64,000 bases of DNA from contig NC_052160.1 of NCBI RefSeq assembly GCF_902713615.1, positions 139,542,737 through 139,606,736 of the forward strand, given 5' to 3'. Below the pieces are notes generated by a model. It did not search any database, had not been told where the DNA came from, and saw only the letters and a list, made by a program, of their open reading frames with translations. The DNA comes from Scyliorhinus canicula (taxonomy: Eukaryota). Position 1 is the first letter of the stretch; the number at the start of each line of letters is the position of its first letter. Below are positions 22,020 to 33,947 of this stretch, piece by piece. The translations under genes and the position numbers were made by a program.

Positions 22020-23573
22020 GCCACTCTGACCAAACCATTCCATTGTCACGAGGACTCAGATACGATCAGTCAACGTGAGATGGAAGTTTTAATGTACTCA
22101 AGATTAGTTTATCTCAAGTGTAATCTCGTTAATTAAGGACAATCTTCAATTTACGTAGTCAGTAATTGAGTTCATTTGGATTGTAACAAATAATGTTAAG
22201 TGTTGTATGATTAAAACCTTGTGACTGATAAAACAATCATAAATATACCTGCAAATCGGGCAAAAAAACAATCATATCAGAATCACAAAATGTCAATGTC
22301 ACAAGTGCGCCAGAGAATAAGTTAACAGGTTTCACGCCAGTATAGCATTTAACTTTGGAGGTTGAAGCCTGTCCGATGGTGAATTTCCTGGAGGGTACTT
22401 TGTTCTTATACTTTAATTGAGGGTCTTAATTGACATCATCAGCTGCAAGAGTGATGCTCTGCTCACTTAGAAAAGTTATTTGACTCCAGAAAGATACATT
22501 TTCCATTTGATATTTCGAAATACACTCTTCTGCCTCGTGTGGATCTTGGTTTAGTGACAGAAATGTTACTGGTTTGGAAAGCCCCAGACCAGGACTTGAA
22601 TATGTGATCTATATGTGATAAGATAAATGACCATGTTAAAATATGGACCTTCCGCCTGTTCAAGTAAACTTTATGAGGTAAGACCAGAGGGATTTACCAA
22701 ATGGTCTACCCAATACTCACCCCCTCAACCCAACCCAGCAAACAAGCTTTTTCAAATTGTTCTCGGGGTGTGAGTGTTTCTGGCCGGTCTATCATTTATC
22801 CCTTATTGCCCATGATAACCGATCACCTTCTCTGCTGTGGGATGATGCAACTGAATGGTTTGCTTGGCCATTTCAGAGGGTAACTGGATGTCGGCAACAT
22901 TGCCTGGGTCCGGAGTCACAGGTAAGCCAGACACGATAAGGGCGGCAGATTCCTGTCCCTGAAGGTCATTAGTGATCCCGGTGGACTTTTAACAATGATT
23001 ATTACTAAAACAAGCAATTATTCCAGATTTATCAATCAATCAAATTGCAATTCACCAGCTTTGATGGTAGGATTTGAACTCTTCTGGACCATTAACTTCA
23101 GTGTCTGGATGGCAACATCACCCAACCGAGCACCCCGATCCAAATTATCCCATCCCATTGTTACTGTGGGATTTTTCTGTCTGAAAGCTGCCTGCTGCAG
23201 ATCTGTACAAACCCAGTTGTGCTCATGCTGCAGTGATAACTGATTTAATCCGTGGTGATGTAAGTTATTCCAGTCATGGAAACAGGGAAGGTTCCTGCTG
23301 CTGTTCCCATATCCGCTGGACACTGTGGATTGTTATATCTCTGGACATTGCGAAAGGACAAGATTGTAAACTGCTGTACCCGCCATTGTATCCAACAACC
23401 CACCCGCACGTTGAGAAAAGGTCACTGGCCTGAATTCAGCAGTTGCCAACAGAAGAAAAACTCCACATTTGCTGATAATCTTTAGAAATTAAAGTCACAT
23501 TCAAGAACTTTTGGCCTGGGAACTGGACCTTCTTTATAAAATGTTGTGACAGGTACTAGTACCTTATAAACTT

Positions 23574-24038
23574 TGTCACAATACCCTGGGCTAGTGCGTG
23601 GACAATTACAGCCCCTCTTAATCGGGAGTCGCAACACAGGTGAAATTAGATATATTAAATATCCAAGGTCCTTAATTAAAGAGAAAAACTACAGTCACCA
23701 GGTTTGCAGCTTTGGCACACAAGTAACCTTTTATTCTGCACTGTATTATAATTAATTAAAATATAATTAAACTGACAAAAAACGTAACTGAATATCTACT
23801 ACCCCTTTCCCAAATCCCCCTTCCTAACTCACCCCACTATCTGGACACACACACACAGACAAACAAACTAGAGGGGGAAGAATGGGGTAAAGGGAAATTA
23901 AATATTATTAACAAAATAACGATTAGGATCTTTAGTTCACTGGGATTACGTCCAGTCAATGTCTTTCTGAAGTTCACGCTTTTGTTTTGGTACTTCTTCT
24001 TTCTAGCCTTGTGATGGTTTCCTCCGGCAAATTTATCT
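23574..24038. mobile_element. Same LTR-like element upstream of copy 1, truncated at the duplication junction
   Basis: Starts TGTCACAATACCCTGGG; similarity to its relatives stops abruptly at TATCT (24038). Confidence 0.55.
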
Positions 24039-24624
24039 GTTGACCACCAGATGGAGCTTCCGTCTCCCTGAGATATTGCTAAATCAATAAAATAAATAAA
24101 TAACCTTTTATTGCCATAAGTAGACTCACATTAACATTGCAATGAAGTTCCTGTGAAAAGTCCCCAGTCGCCACATTCCGGCGCCTGTTCGGGTACACAG
24201 AGGGAGAATTCAGAATTCTCAGCTGGTACGGGAATTGAACCCGTTGCTTTGCTCTGCATCACAAAGCAGCTGTCTAGCCCACTGAGCTAAACCGTGCAAG
24301 GTAACTACAGCCCTTGGAGGGATGAGCGACATGCCCATACAGTGCCCTGGCAGTGCCCCCTGGTGCAGGTTTGCTGTAAGGTTGACACGGCTGGTGGAGC
24401 CACCACTCCATCCGTTGTGGGGGCTGTGGGCCGTTAGGTATCAATGCTGATCAGGGCGTCCCGACTTTCACCTCTATAAGGCCCTGCCCCACCAGAGTGA
24501 CAGTGTGAACTTCACCCCCATCTTTTATTCATTCACGAAGGCTCAAAACTGGAGAGTTACACGCCAGTTTTCACCCTGATCCTGACACTTTTCCAAATTC
24601 TGGTGAGATTCCGCCCGGAGTGTG

Positions 24625-27600
24625 TCAGCTTGCCCGATGGCAAGTGGGCCCCTGATGAAGTGGGCCCCCTATATCAAATAAAAATGCAATAAAGAAGCAA
24701 ACACAGACAACCGTTTTAGTAATAAAAAGGAATAAGAAAAAAAAGAGAACAGGACACAAATAAGCAGTGCATGAAAAGGAACGAAGCAGGGGAGGTAGTG
24801 GAAGGATGTGGAATAGGGGGGCCCGGGTCGGGCATAATTAAGGAAATTCCATGTTTTCAGCAAGAGTGTGTGAATTTAAAGATAAAGTTACAATTCATGA
24901 TTTGAGATGGTCGGCAACTTCAAAGTGATAAGCCATGGTTCAGCCGGTACATCGGTCTGGGGCCCGGAGAGCCAAGAAGGGGCCCGTGAACCTCTGAAGG
25001 GCCCTTAAAAATTATAATTAATTAGATAAATAAATCTCCAACTTCTTTCCTGAGATTTTTATTCTAACTTAATAAAATATAATTGTTTTTAAAAAGAGCA
25101 ATACCAAATAAAATGAAGTAAAGAAACAAACAAATAATCACTCAGTCTATGAAGGAACAAAGCAGTGTTAAACGGATGTGAAAAGGAGTGGAGGGGGGGG
25201 GGGGGGGGGGGCTGGTTCACCCGGGTCGGACATAGTTGGAAATCCACGTTTTCAGCAAGAGTGTGTGAATTTAAAGATAAAGTTACAGTTTGTGATTTGA
25301 GATGGTCGGCAACTTGAAAGGATATCAAGCAGTACATAGGGTCGTGAGGTCACCAAAAAGGAGAAGCGGTACCTTTGACCATGAATCATGAGGTCAAAGA
25401 TATTGAAGTGATAAGCCATGATCGGTAAACTCAAAGGGTTGCGACTTGTAACACTACACTGGTATCAAACTGGGCATGTTAACTTTGGTCGTGGGACCAT
25501 TCTTAATGTCTTACTATAGTCGGACCAAACTTCTAAGTTTCAACAGTTGTCTCAGTTGCTTGCTGGTGTGAACACTGGACAGTGGATTGTCGCCTCTTCT
25601 GAAGCTGCATAGGCCCCAGTAGTATTGACTAATGAACATAGCCTATTGAAGTGTAAGTAAGTTATTTTATATTTTTTATCAAGTAGGGGTTTATCCGGCG
25701 TTCCTTCAAGTTATTCTTGCAATCATCAATATTCATTTTTCCCAATGTGGGCTATTTTTAATTAAGTTTTTATTTCAGGAATATTAGCCCTACCAGCATG
25801 GAAAAGAAAAACATAAATCTGGGTCACTAAAACGCAAAGAACAAGTACTCGTTTGTATGAGAGGAAAATTATGAATGACTCAGTCCCAAGAAAATATATA
25901 ACAAAGAAAATAGATGCTTATATTGTTCATACTGCTTAGCCTTTGAGTTGAATCGGCCTACACTCTAGATAACGAGGTTCTGAATCATGGCAATTTTTTA
26001 GCTACAGTGCAGTTGATGGCAAAATATGACCCCATTATGGCAGCTCACGTTTCTGCAGTGCAAAACAAGTCTAAACAAAGAATCAAACGATTAGAGCAAC
26101 AAGGAAAGGCTCAAAGTAAAGGCCGTGGTGGACTTGTTACATACCTGAGTAAAACAACTATAAACATGTTAATCAAAATTATGAAGAATATGATACAAGA
26201 AAGAATTAGTCATGAAGTTTCTCAAGCAAAATATTATTCTATTCAGGTTGATTCAACACAAGATAATTCATCCATCGATCAGTTTAGCATTATTATTCGG
26301 TATGTGCTTAAAGGTATTATCTGTGAGCGACTACTTTCAGTTGTGCCAAGTAATGATGGTACAGGACAGGGACTTTTTGATCTATTGATTGAAACATTAC
26401 AGCATCTTAAAATTGACCCCCAAAAATGTTTATCTGATAGCACAGATGGCGCTGCAAGCTACCATGGCCAGTATAATGGTTTACAAAGTAAAATTGCTGA
26501 TGTGGCTGATCAACATGTTCATATATGGTGCTATGCACATGTCTTGAATTTGGTGATAACTGAAACAACAAAATGTTGTGTGCCTGCAGTTTCATTTTTC
26601 AATTTTCTCCAGAATATAGCAACTTTTGTGAAAGCATCATACAAGAGAATGAATGTATGGGTAGAAGTTGTTGGAAAACATCTAGGACAAGAAAAAATGA
26701 AACGATTAAAGCTTATTGGTGAGACCAGATGGTCAGGAAAATCCAATGCAGCAACAACTATATTTGGACGTTTTGATGATGCCGCTGCCAGTACTTTCGT
26801 AAATCTATTGACATGCTTATCAACGATACAAGATTCAGAAAAGTTTGATGCAAAAACAAAACATGAAGCAAATGTTTTACTTCAAAGTCTTCTAAAGTTT
26901 GAAACCATATTGACAGCATTTACTTACTTGTATATATTTCAAACTACAACGCCGTTATCAAGTTATCTACAGACAAGTGGTTTAGATATGTTTACTGCAT
27001 GGAGTTTGGTAGATACAACAAAGTTGAAGGAACAGACAAGAACATTTGATAACGTTCACAGCAAGGCTTTGTAAATAAATGTAATGACAGGATTTCACAG
27101 ATGAATATGGATGAAAATCAAACATTGGAAATTGATGCGTTGGAAACAGCATTGCCAGTTAAGAGGCAGAGGAAGAAGAAAAGAATGGCAGATGAGCTTA
27201 TTGATGATGCAAGAAATTCCTCAGATTCTCTAGCTGATTTTCGAGTAAATGTGTTTAACCTAATAATGGATTGCATTGTCCAGTCACTAGAATCACGCTT
27301 TGTACAACACAAACAGTTGTATAAAGATGTGTCCTGCTTGGACCCAGCAAAGTTTAAAACTATTGCAGAGAAGGGCCTTGAAGATGAAGCATTGGAAGGC
27401 ATTAATAAGCTGTTTCCACAAATCAGCAAAGATCAAGTAATATTGGAATTGTTTTCTTTTGTTTCAAACTTTGATGTATTAAAGCTATTGCTTAATGATG
27501 GTGAGAATATGGATTCCAGTTGCAACAATTGTAAAATTTGCAGCACTTGCCCATAGACTAAAAATTCTGGCATCCAACAGACTTCATGACAAGGCATATG

Positions 27601-28192
27601 ATAACCTTTATGAACTTTATAAAGTCATCTGCACACTTACTCAAGTCCAATGTGAGAGGACATTTTCAAAGCTAAAGATCATAAAGACAAGGTTAAGAAA
27701 TTCACTGACTGAGGAGAATTTGGAATCATACATGTTGCTATCCATTGAAAAGGAATTGTTAGATGAATTGGATGCAGAAGCAATTATTGGCAGATTCGCA
27801 CAATCATCTAGCGAACACAAACGTTTGCTCTTAATATAGTGGACTGCATGCAATGCTCTATTGTGCGTTTGAACTATCTGTTAATGTGTAAATTGTGCAG
27901 GAAACTATTTAAAAATATCAACCAATTACTTAAAATTAAAAAAAAAATTCAATTATAACATTCTGTATTTACATTTGGTATCTACTGCCAGTAATATGTA
28001 CAGTACATGTACACTGTAATTACTAAGAAATACACATTTTTTTCCACAAAAATTTTAATTGTACCTTTTTTCCATATGTATTTTTTGAAAATTTTATTTA
28101 TTCGTTATGAAAATTAAATGATAACATTGTAGTTGTGGGTGGGTCCCCTTTGTCTCCTGGCAACCAATATTTTTAGACCCAGTCCGCCACTG
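24625..28192 (+). mobile_element. hAT DNA transposon (DUF4371/ZMYM-like transposase), decayed
   Basis: Right terminus ...CCCAGTCCGCCACTG (CAG-type TIR) at ~28192; GGCCCC subterminal motifs near 24645-25005; left TIR not found, so the left boundary is approximate. Confidence 0.75.
26007..27839 (+). pseudogene. hAT transposase in three frameshifted pieces
   Basis: YSIQVDSTQD, STDGAA, WCYAHVLNL, ETRW and the dimerization motif CERTFSKLKIIKTRLRNSL are split across ORFs 26007-27074, 27101-27556 and 27495-27839. Confidence 0.88.
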
Positions 28193-28964
28193 TTTATGGG
28201 TGGTGGACAGACTTTGGGAAGTCAGGAGAAGACTAACTTGCGTTACTTTTGTATCATGGAGATCTTTGTTGTATATCATAGAGCTTCAATTTTAGCCGGT
28301 CACAGTATCATAAAGATCTATTTCATGGCATTTACAGGAAAAGAGTTCCACAATTTCATAAGGGAACAAAGTGGAGATATTGTTGGGACCAGTCTCGGGT
28401 GACGTTCCCCAAAAGCTTTTGGGCTGGAATCCTCCAGTTTGTTGGTCCCGCAGGCTGGGCACCCCCCCCCCCCCCCCCCCCCCCAACCCCACGCCCCCGC
28501 TGGTTTCCCATGGTGTGGGGCGGCTTCAGAGGGCATTCCCATTGACAGCAGCAGGAGCAGGAAATCCCACTGCCGGCGAAGAGCGATCCGTCTCCCACCA
28601 CCGAGAATCACATGGCTGTGAGGCCAGTTTTCCGCCCGTGATCCGGACGAGAACTACTCAATTTGTCACAGTCTAGCTGGGATACCCCCAAATCTGGGTG
28701 AGGTTGGGGGTGGGGGGGGTGACTGGCTTCATGTCTTTGTTCAATCCACCTTCTCCTGGTAGTAACAAGATTTAATCTAACCAGGTTCCCGTTCCCTTGA
28801 ATAACTTATCCAGACTCAATGGCTGTGTTTAAAGAGAGCCAATTTAACCAGACTTTCTTGGTTATAGTAGGGGAAATTTATTAATGACTAAAAAGGTAAG
28901 GAACAATGGTAAAACACAGACACCTATATTCATACGGATTAAACGTAAGAATTGAGTCCAATTT

Positions 28965-29190
28965 GGGCAGCAGGGTGGCGCAGTGGGTTAGCCCTGCAAC
29001 CTCACGGCACCGGGGCCCCAGGTTCGATCCCTGCTCTGGGTCACTGTCCGTGTGGAGTTTGCGCATTCTCCCCGTGTTTGCGTGGGTTTCCCCCCCACAA
29101 CCCAAAGATGTGCAGGCTAGGTGGATTGGCCACGCTAAATTGCCCCTTCATTGGAAAAAATTAATTGGGTACACTAAATTTTTTTTTTTT
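28965..29190 (+). mobile_element. Short tRNA-derived SINE
   Basis: GGGCAGCAGGGTGGCGCAGTGG ... GGTTCGATCCC ... T-rich tail; flanked by the direct repeat AATTGAGTCCAAT. Confidence 0.8.
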
Positions 29191-29903
29191 AAATTGAGTC
29201 CAATAGTAAGTAAATATAAATAACAATTTATCCGGAACGGTCCTTGAGTTGCGAGAAGTAGATGTTGACTTTTGTCACTGCTACAAGTTGATTTGTGGAT
29301 ATTTGCCTTCAGCAAGCGGTTCTTTGATTAAACTCTCCTTTCTGCAATGGCACTGCCTCTGGTGCTTTATCACACACCTTCAGTGGTGGCAATCCTCCAG
29401 CTACTTCTCAGCACAACACACACACCCATGCACTGACAGAGCAGCGGGACAGACACAGACATGCAGGCACAGTTTGGGGTAGGGGACCTGCGAAGAGCTG
29501 AAGAGGCTGCCAGGTATGACGGTGGGCTGGGAGGCGGGCCTTCCTTGGAGGTCTGGCCCCGTGCTCAAAATTTAAAAGCAATAACTAAAACACGAAACAG
29601 CCCTCATTCTTCAGCTCCATACATTCCCCCCTTGTCCCGCCCATGTCAACCGCTGCCATCCCATGCCCTTGGAAGGTAGCCCTTTCAAGGATCCTAATGC
29701 CCCCCCATGACAAGGTGTGCCCCTAAACAAATACTATAACCCCCATAAAAACCAGCATACAAACCTATGCCCCTCCACCCTTGGCTACCTATGCCTTCCA
29801 TGCCAACTGAAACTGTTCTACCCACCTCTATGGACTTTTATAACCCAACAACAATTTAGTCCCCACTGGTGTCAAATTATGATCCACACAAACCACCCTT
29901 TGT

Positions 29904-30628
29904 GCTTTTCCAGGAGACACATCCGGAGTGAGACTCATCTAGAGTGGGATTGCAACTTGGTAATTTGGTGCAGTGAGGTAAATCAGGAAAGGTAAGTGGA
30001 AAATCTAATTCTGCTGTTTTTCAGTTAAAAGTGCAGTGTGTAGCTTAGTATCTGATTGGTTGAAGCTGCCCCCACCCTAATTGCTGAGAGGCAGTTATCT
30101 GTCAATCACCTGAGGCCTGTTTAGGGGCACATTGTATTCTTCTCTTTAAAGTTTAGGTATTTTTTGAGTCATCGAATAGCTGAGGTCTGTATAAAAGACA
30201 GACAGAGATGCACTCAGTAAGCTAGCGCTTTTCCAGGAGACACATCCGGAGTGAGATTCATCTAGAGTGGGATTGCAACTTGGTAATTTGGTGCAGTGAG
30301 GTAAATCAGGAAAGGTAAGTGGAAAATCTAATTCTGTTGTTTTTCAGTTAAAAGTGCAGTGTATAGCTTAGTGTCTGATTGGTTGAAGATGCCCCCACCC
30401 TAATTGCTGAGAGGCAGTTATCTGTCAATCACCTGAGGCCTGTTTAGGGGCACATTGTATTCTTCTCTTTGAAGTTTAGGTATTTTTTGAGTCATCGATT
30501 AGCTGAGGTCTGTATAAAAGACAGACAGAGAGCGCACTCAGTAAGCTAGCGCTTTTCCAGGAGACACATCCGGAGTGAGACTCACCTAGAGTGGGATTGC
30601 AACTTGGTAATTTGGTGCAGTGAGGTAA
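29904..30628 (+). repeat. Tandem ~323-bp monomers at the CR1 5' end (2 full + 1 partial)
   Basis: GCTTTTCCAGGAGACACATCCGGAG starts at 29904, 30227 and 30551. Confidence 0.95.
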
Positions 30629-30783
30629 TTCGGCGCAGAGTGTGAGGAGGTTCTTTTTCAGAGGTGCTTTTTAACCCTGGAAAGTGACTGGTAAGTAGTT
30701 TTTCTTTTCATTCTTTTCATTGTCTAATTTATTTATTTTTATTTTGAAATTGTTATTGTATAAGTTTACCTAAGGTTTAAGAC

Positions 30784-31713
30784 ATGGCAGGAGATCCCAG
30801 ACCCGTGTCATGCTCCTCGTGTGCGATGTGGGAGCTCAGGGACATGTTCACTGTCCCTGGCTCTTTCACATGCAAGAAGTGTGTTCAGTTGCAGCTCTTG
30901 TTAGACCGCTTGACGACTCTGGAGCTGCGGATGGACTCACTTTGGAGCATCCACGATGCTGAGGAGGTCGTGAATAGCACGTTTAGCGAGTTGGTCACAC
31001 CGCAGGTGAAAATTAATGAGGAAGATAGAAAATGGGTGACCAAAAGAAAGAGCACGAGTAGGAAGGCAGTGCAGGTGTCCCCTGCGGTGATCTCCCTGCA
31101 AAACAGATATACCGCTTTGGATACTGTTGAGGGAGATGGCTCACCAGGGGAAGGCAGCAGAGGCCAGGTTCATGGCACCGTGGCTGGCTCTGCTGCACAG
31201 CAGGGCAGGAAGAAAAATGGCAGGGCTATAGTGATAGGGGACTCGATCGTAAGGGGAATAGACAGGCGGTTCTGTGGACGCAATCGAGACTCCAGGATGG
31301 TATGTTGCCTCCCTGGTGCAAGGGTCAAGGATGTCTTGGAGCGGCTGCAGGACATTCTGGGGGGGGGGGGGGGGGGGGAGGGTGAACAGCCAGCTGTCGT
31401 GGTGCAAATAAGCACCAACGATATAGGTAAAAAACGGGATGAGGTCCTACAAGCGGAATTCAGGGAGTTAGGAGTTAAACTAAAAAGTAGGACCTCAAAG
31501 GTAGTAATCCCAGGATTGCTACCAGTGCCACGAGCTAGTCAGAGTAGGAATGTCAGGATAGATAGGATGAACGCGTGGCTCGAGAGATGGTGCAAGAGGG
31601 AGGGATTCAAATTCCTGGGGCATTGGGACCGGTTCTGGGGGAGGTGGGACCAGTACAAACCGGACGGTCTGCACCTGGGCAGGACTGGAACCGATGTCCT
31701 ATGTGTTTTCTAG
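30784..31713 (+). CDS. CR1 ORF1 (Cys zinc finger/leucine zipper + SGNH esterase), C-terminal frameshift
   Basis: CSSC...CKKC followed by a heptad-like segment; GDSIV, PGA, STND, DGLH. A small deletion near 31700 shifts the last codons. Confidence 0.85.
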   Translation: MAGDPRPVSCSSCAMWELRDMFTVPGSFTCKKCVQLQLLLDRLTTLELRMDSLWSIHDAEEVVNSTFSELVTPQVKINEEDRKWVTKRKSTSRKAVQVSPAVISLQNRYTALDTVEGDGSPGEGSRGQVHGTVAGSAAQQGRKKNGRAIVIGDSIVRGIDRRFCGRNRDSRMVCCLPGARVKDVLERLQDILGGGGGGEGEQPAVVVQISTNDIGKKRDEVLQAEFRELGVKLKSRTSKVVIPGLLPVPRASQSRNVRIDRMNAWLERWCKREGFKFLGHWDRFWGRWDQYKPDGLHLGRTGTDVLCVF

Positions 31714-31737
31714 AGCTGTTGGGGAGGGTTTAAACTA

Positions 31738-33947
31738 ATGTGGCAGGGGGATGGGAACCAATGCAGGAAGTTGGAAGGTAGTAAAACAGGGACAGAAGAA
31801 AAAGGAAGTAAGGGGAAAAGTGTAAGGCAGAGAAGACATAGTCAAAAATCTAAAAGGGCGACAGTACAAGGTACAGTGAGTGAAGGGAGCTCAGTGAATA
31901 GGCTCAGTAATACTACAAGGAATAAAACTGGAGATGTTAAGATTCAAAACAGAGGTAAAAAAAACAACATAAGTGTACTTTACCTGAATGCTCGTAGTAT
32001 TCGGAATAAAGTAAATGAGTTGATGGCACAAATCATCGTTAATGACTATGATTTAGTGGCCATTACTGAAACATGGTTAAAGGATGGTCACGACTGGGAG
32101 TTAAATAGCCGAGGGTATCAAACTATTCGGAAGGACAGAGTGGATGGTAAGGGAGGTGGTGTTGCTCTGTTATTTAAGGATGACATCCGGGCAATATTAA
32201 GGGATGACATCGGTGCTGTGGAGGATAAGGTTGAATCCATTTGGGTGGAAATCAGGAATAGTAAGGCGAAAAAGTCACTGATAGGAGTAGTCTATCGGCC
32301 ACCAAATAGTAACGTTATGGTGGGGCAGGCAATAAACAAAGAAATAACTGATGCATGTAGAAATGGTACAGCAGTTATCATGGGGGATTTTAATCTACAT
32401 GTCGATTGGTTTAACCAAGTCGGTCAAGGCAACCTTGAGGAGGAGTTTATAGAATGTATCCGCGATAGTTTCCTAGAACAGTATGTAATGGAACCTACGA
32501 GGGAGCAAGCGGTCCTAGATCTTGTCCTATGTAATGAGACAGGATTGATTCATGATCTCATAGTTAGGGATCCTCTCGGAAGGAGCGATCACAATATGGT
32601 GGAATTTAAAATACAGATGGAGGGTGAGAAAGTAAACTCAAATACTAGTGTTTTGTGTTTAAACAAAGGCGATTACAAGGGGATGAGAGAAGAACTAGCT
32701 AAGGTAGACTGGGAGCTAAGACTTTATGGTGGAACAGTTGAGGAACAGTGGAGAACCTTCCAAACGATTTTTCACAGTGCTCAGCAAAGGTTTATACCAA
32801 CAAAAAGGAAGGACGGTAGAAAGAGGGAAAATCGACCGTGGATATCTAAGGAAATAAGGGAGAGTATCAAATTGAAGGAAAAAGCATATAAAGTGGCAAA
32901 GATTGCTGGGAGATTAGAGGACTGGGAAATCTTTAGGGGGCAACAGAAAGCTACTAAAAAAGCTATAAAGAAGAGTAAGATAGAGTATGAGAGTAAACTT
33001 GCTCAGAATATAAAAACAGACAGTAAAAGTTTTTACAAATATATAAAACAAAAAAGAGTGGCTAAGGTAAATATTGGTCCTTTAGAGGATGAGATGGGAG
33101 TTTTAATAATGGGAAATGAGGAAATGGCTGAGGAACTGAACAGGTTTTTTGGGTCGGACTTCACAGTGGAAGACACAAATAACATGCCAGCGACTGATAG
33201 AAATGAGGCTATGACAGGTGAGGACCTTGAGAGGATTGTTATCACTAAGGAGGTAGTGATGGGCAAGCTAATGGGGCTAAAGGTAGACAAGTCTCCTGGC
33301 CCTGATGGAATGCATCCCAGAGTGCTAAAAGAGATGGCTAGGGAAATTGCAGATGCACTAGTGATAATTTACCGAAATTCACTATACTCTGGGGTGGTCC
33401 CGGTGGATTGGAAATTAGCAAACGTGACACCACTGTTTAAAAAAGGAGGTAGGCAGAAAGCAGGAAATTACCTCCACACCTGGAGTATTGTGTTCAGTTT
33501 TGGTCTCCTTACTTGAGAAAGGACGTACTGGCACTGGAGGGTGTGCAGAGGAGATTCACTAGGCTAATTCCAGAGCTGAAGGGGTTGGATTATGAGGAGA
33601 GGTTGAGTAAACTGGGACTGTACTCGTTGGAATTTAGAAGGATGAGGGGGGATCTTATAGAAACATTTACAATTATGAAGGGAATAGATAAGATAGATGC
33701 GGGCAGGTTGTTTCCACTGGCGGGTGAAAGCAGAACTAGGGGACATAGCCTCAAAATAAGGGGAAGTACATTTAGGACTGAGTTTAGGAGGAACTTCTTT
33801 ACCCAAAGGGTTGTGAATCTATGGAATTCCTTGCCCAGTGAAGCAGTTGAGGCTCCTTCATTACATGTTTTTAAGGTAAAGATAGATAGTTTTTTGAAGA
33901 ATAAAGGGATTAAGGGTTATGGTGTTCGGGCCGGAAAGTGGAGCTGA
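31738..33947 (+). pseudogene. CR1 ORF2 copy B with RT core deleted
   Basis: ORFs 31738-33516 and 33513-33947; the junction GGAAATTA-CCT-CCACACC joins the pre-RT region to the C-terminal domain out of frame. Confidence 0.9.

Noticed and set aside
26007-27839. Domesticated ZMYM/ZBED-type host gene
   Set aside because: Two frameshifts, a degraded N-terminus and a retained transposon terminus indicate a dead hAT element.
28965-29045. tRNA genes at the A/B-box sequences
   Set aside because: They are SINE heads continuing into SINE core and tail; no complete cloverleaf.
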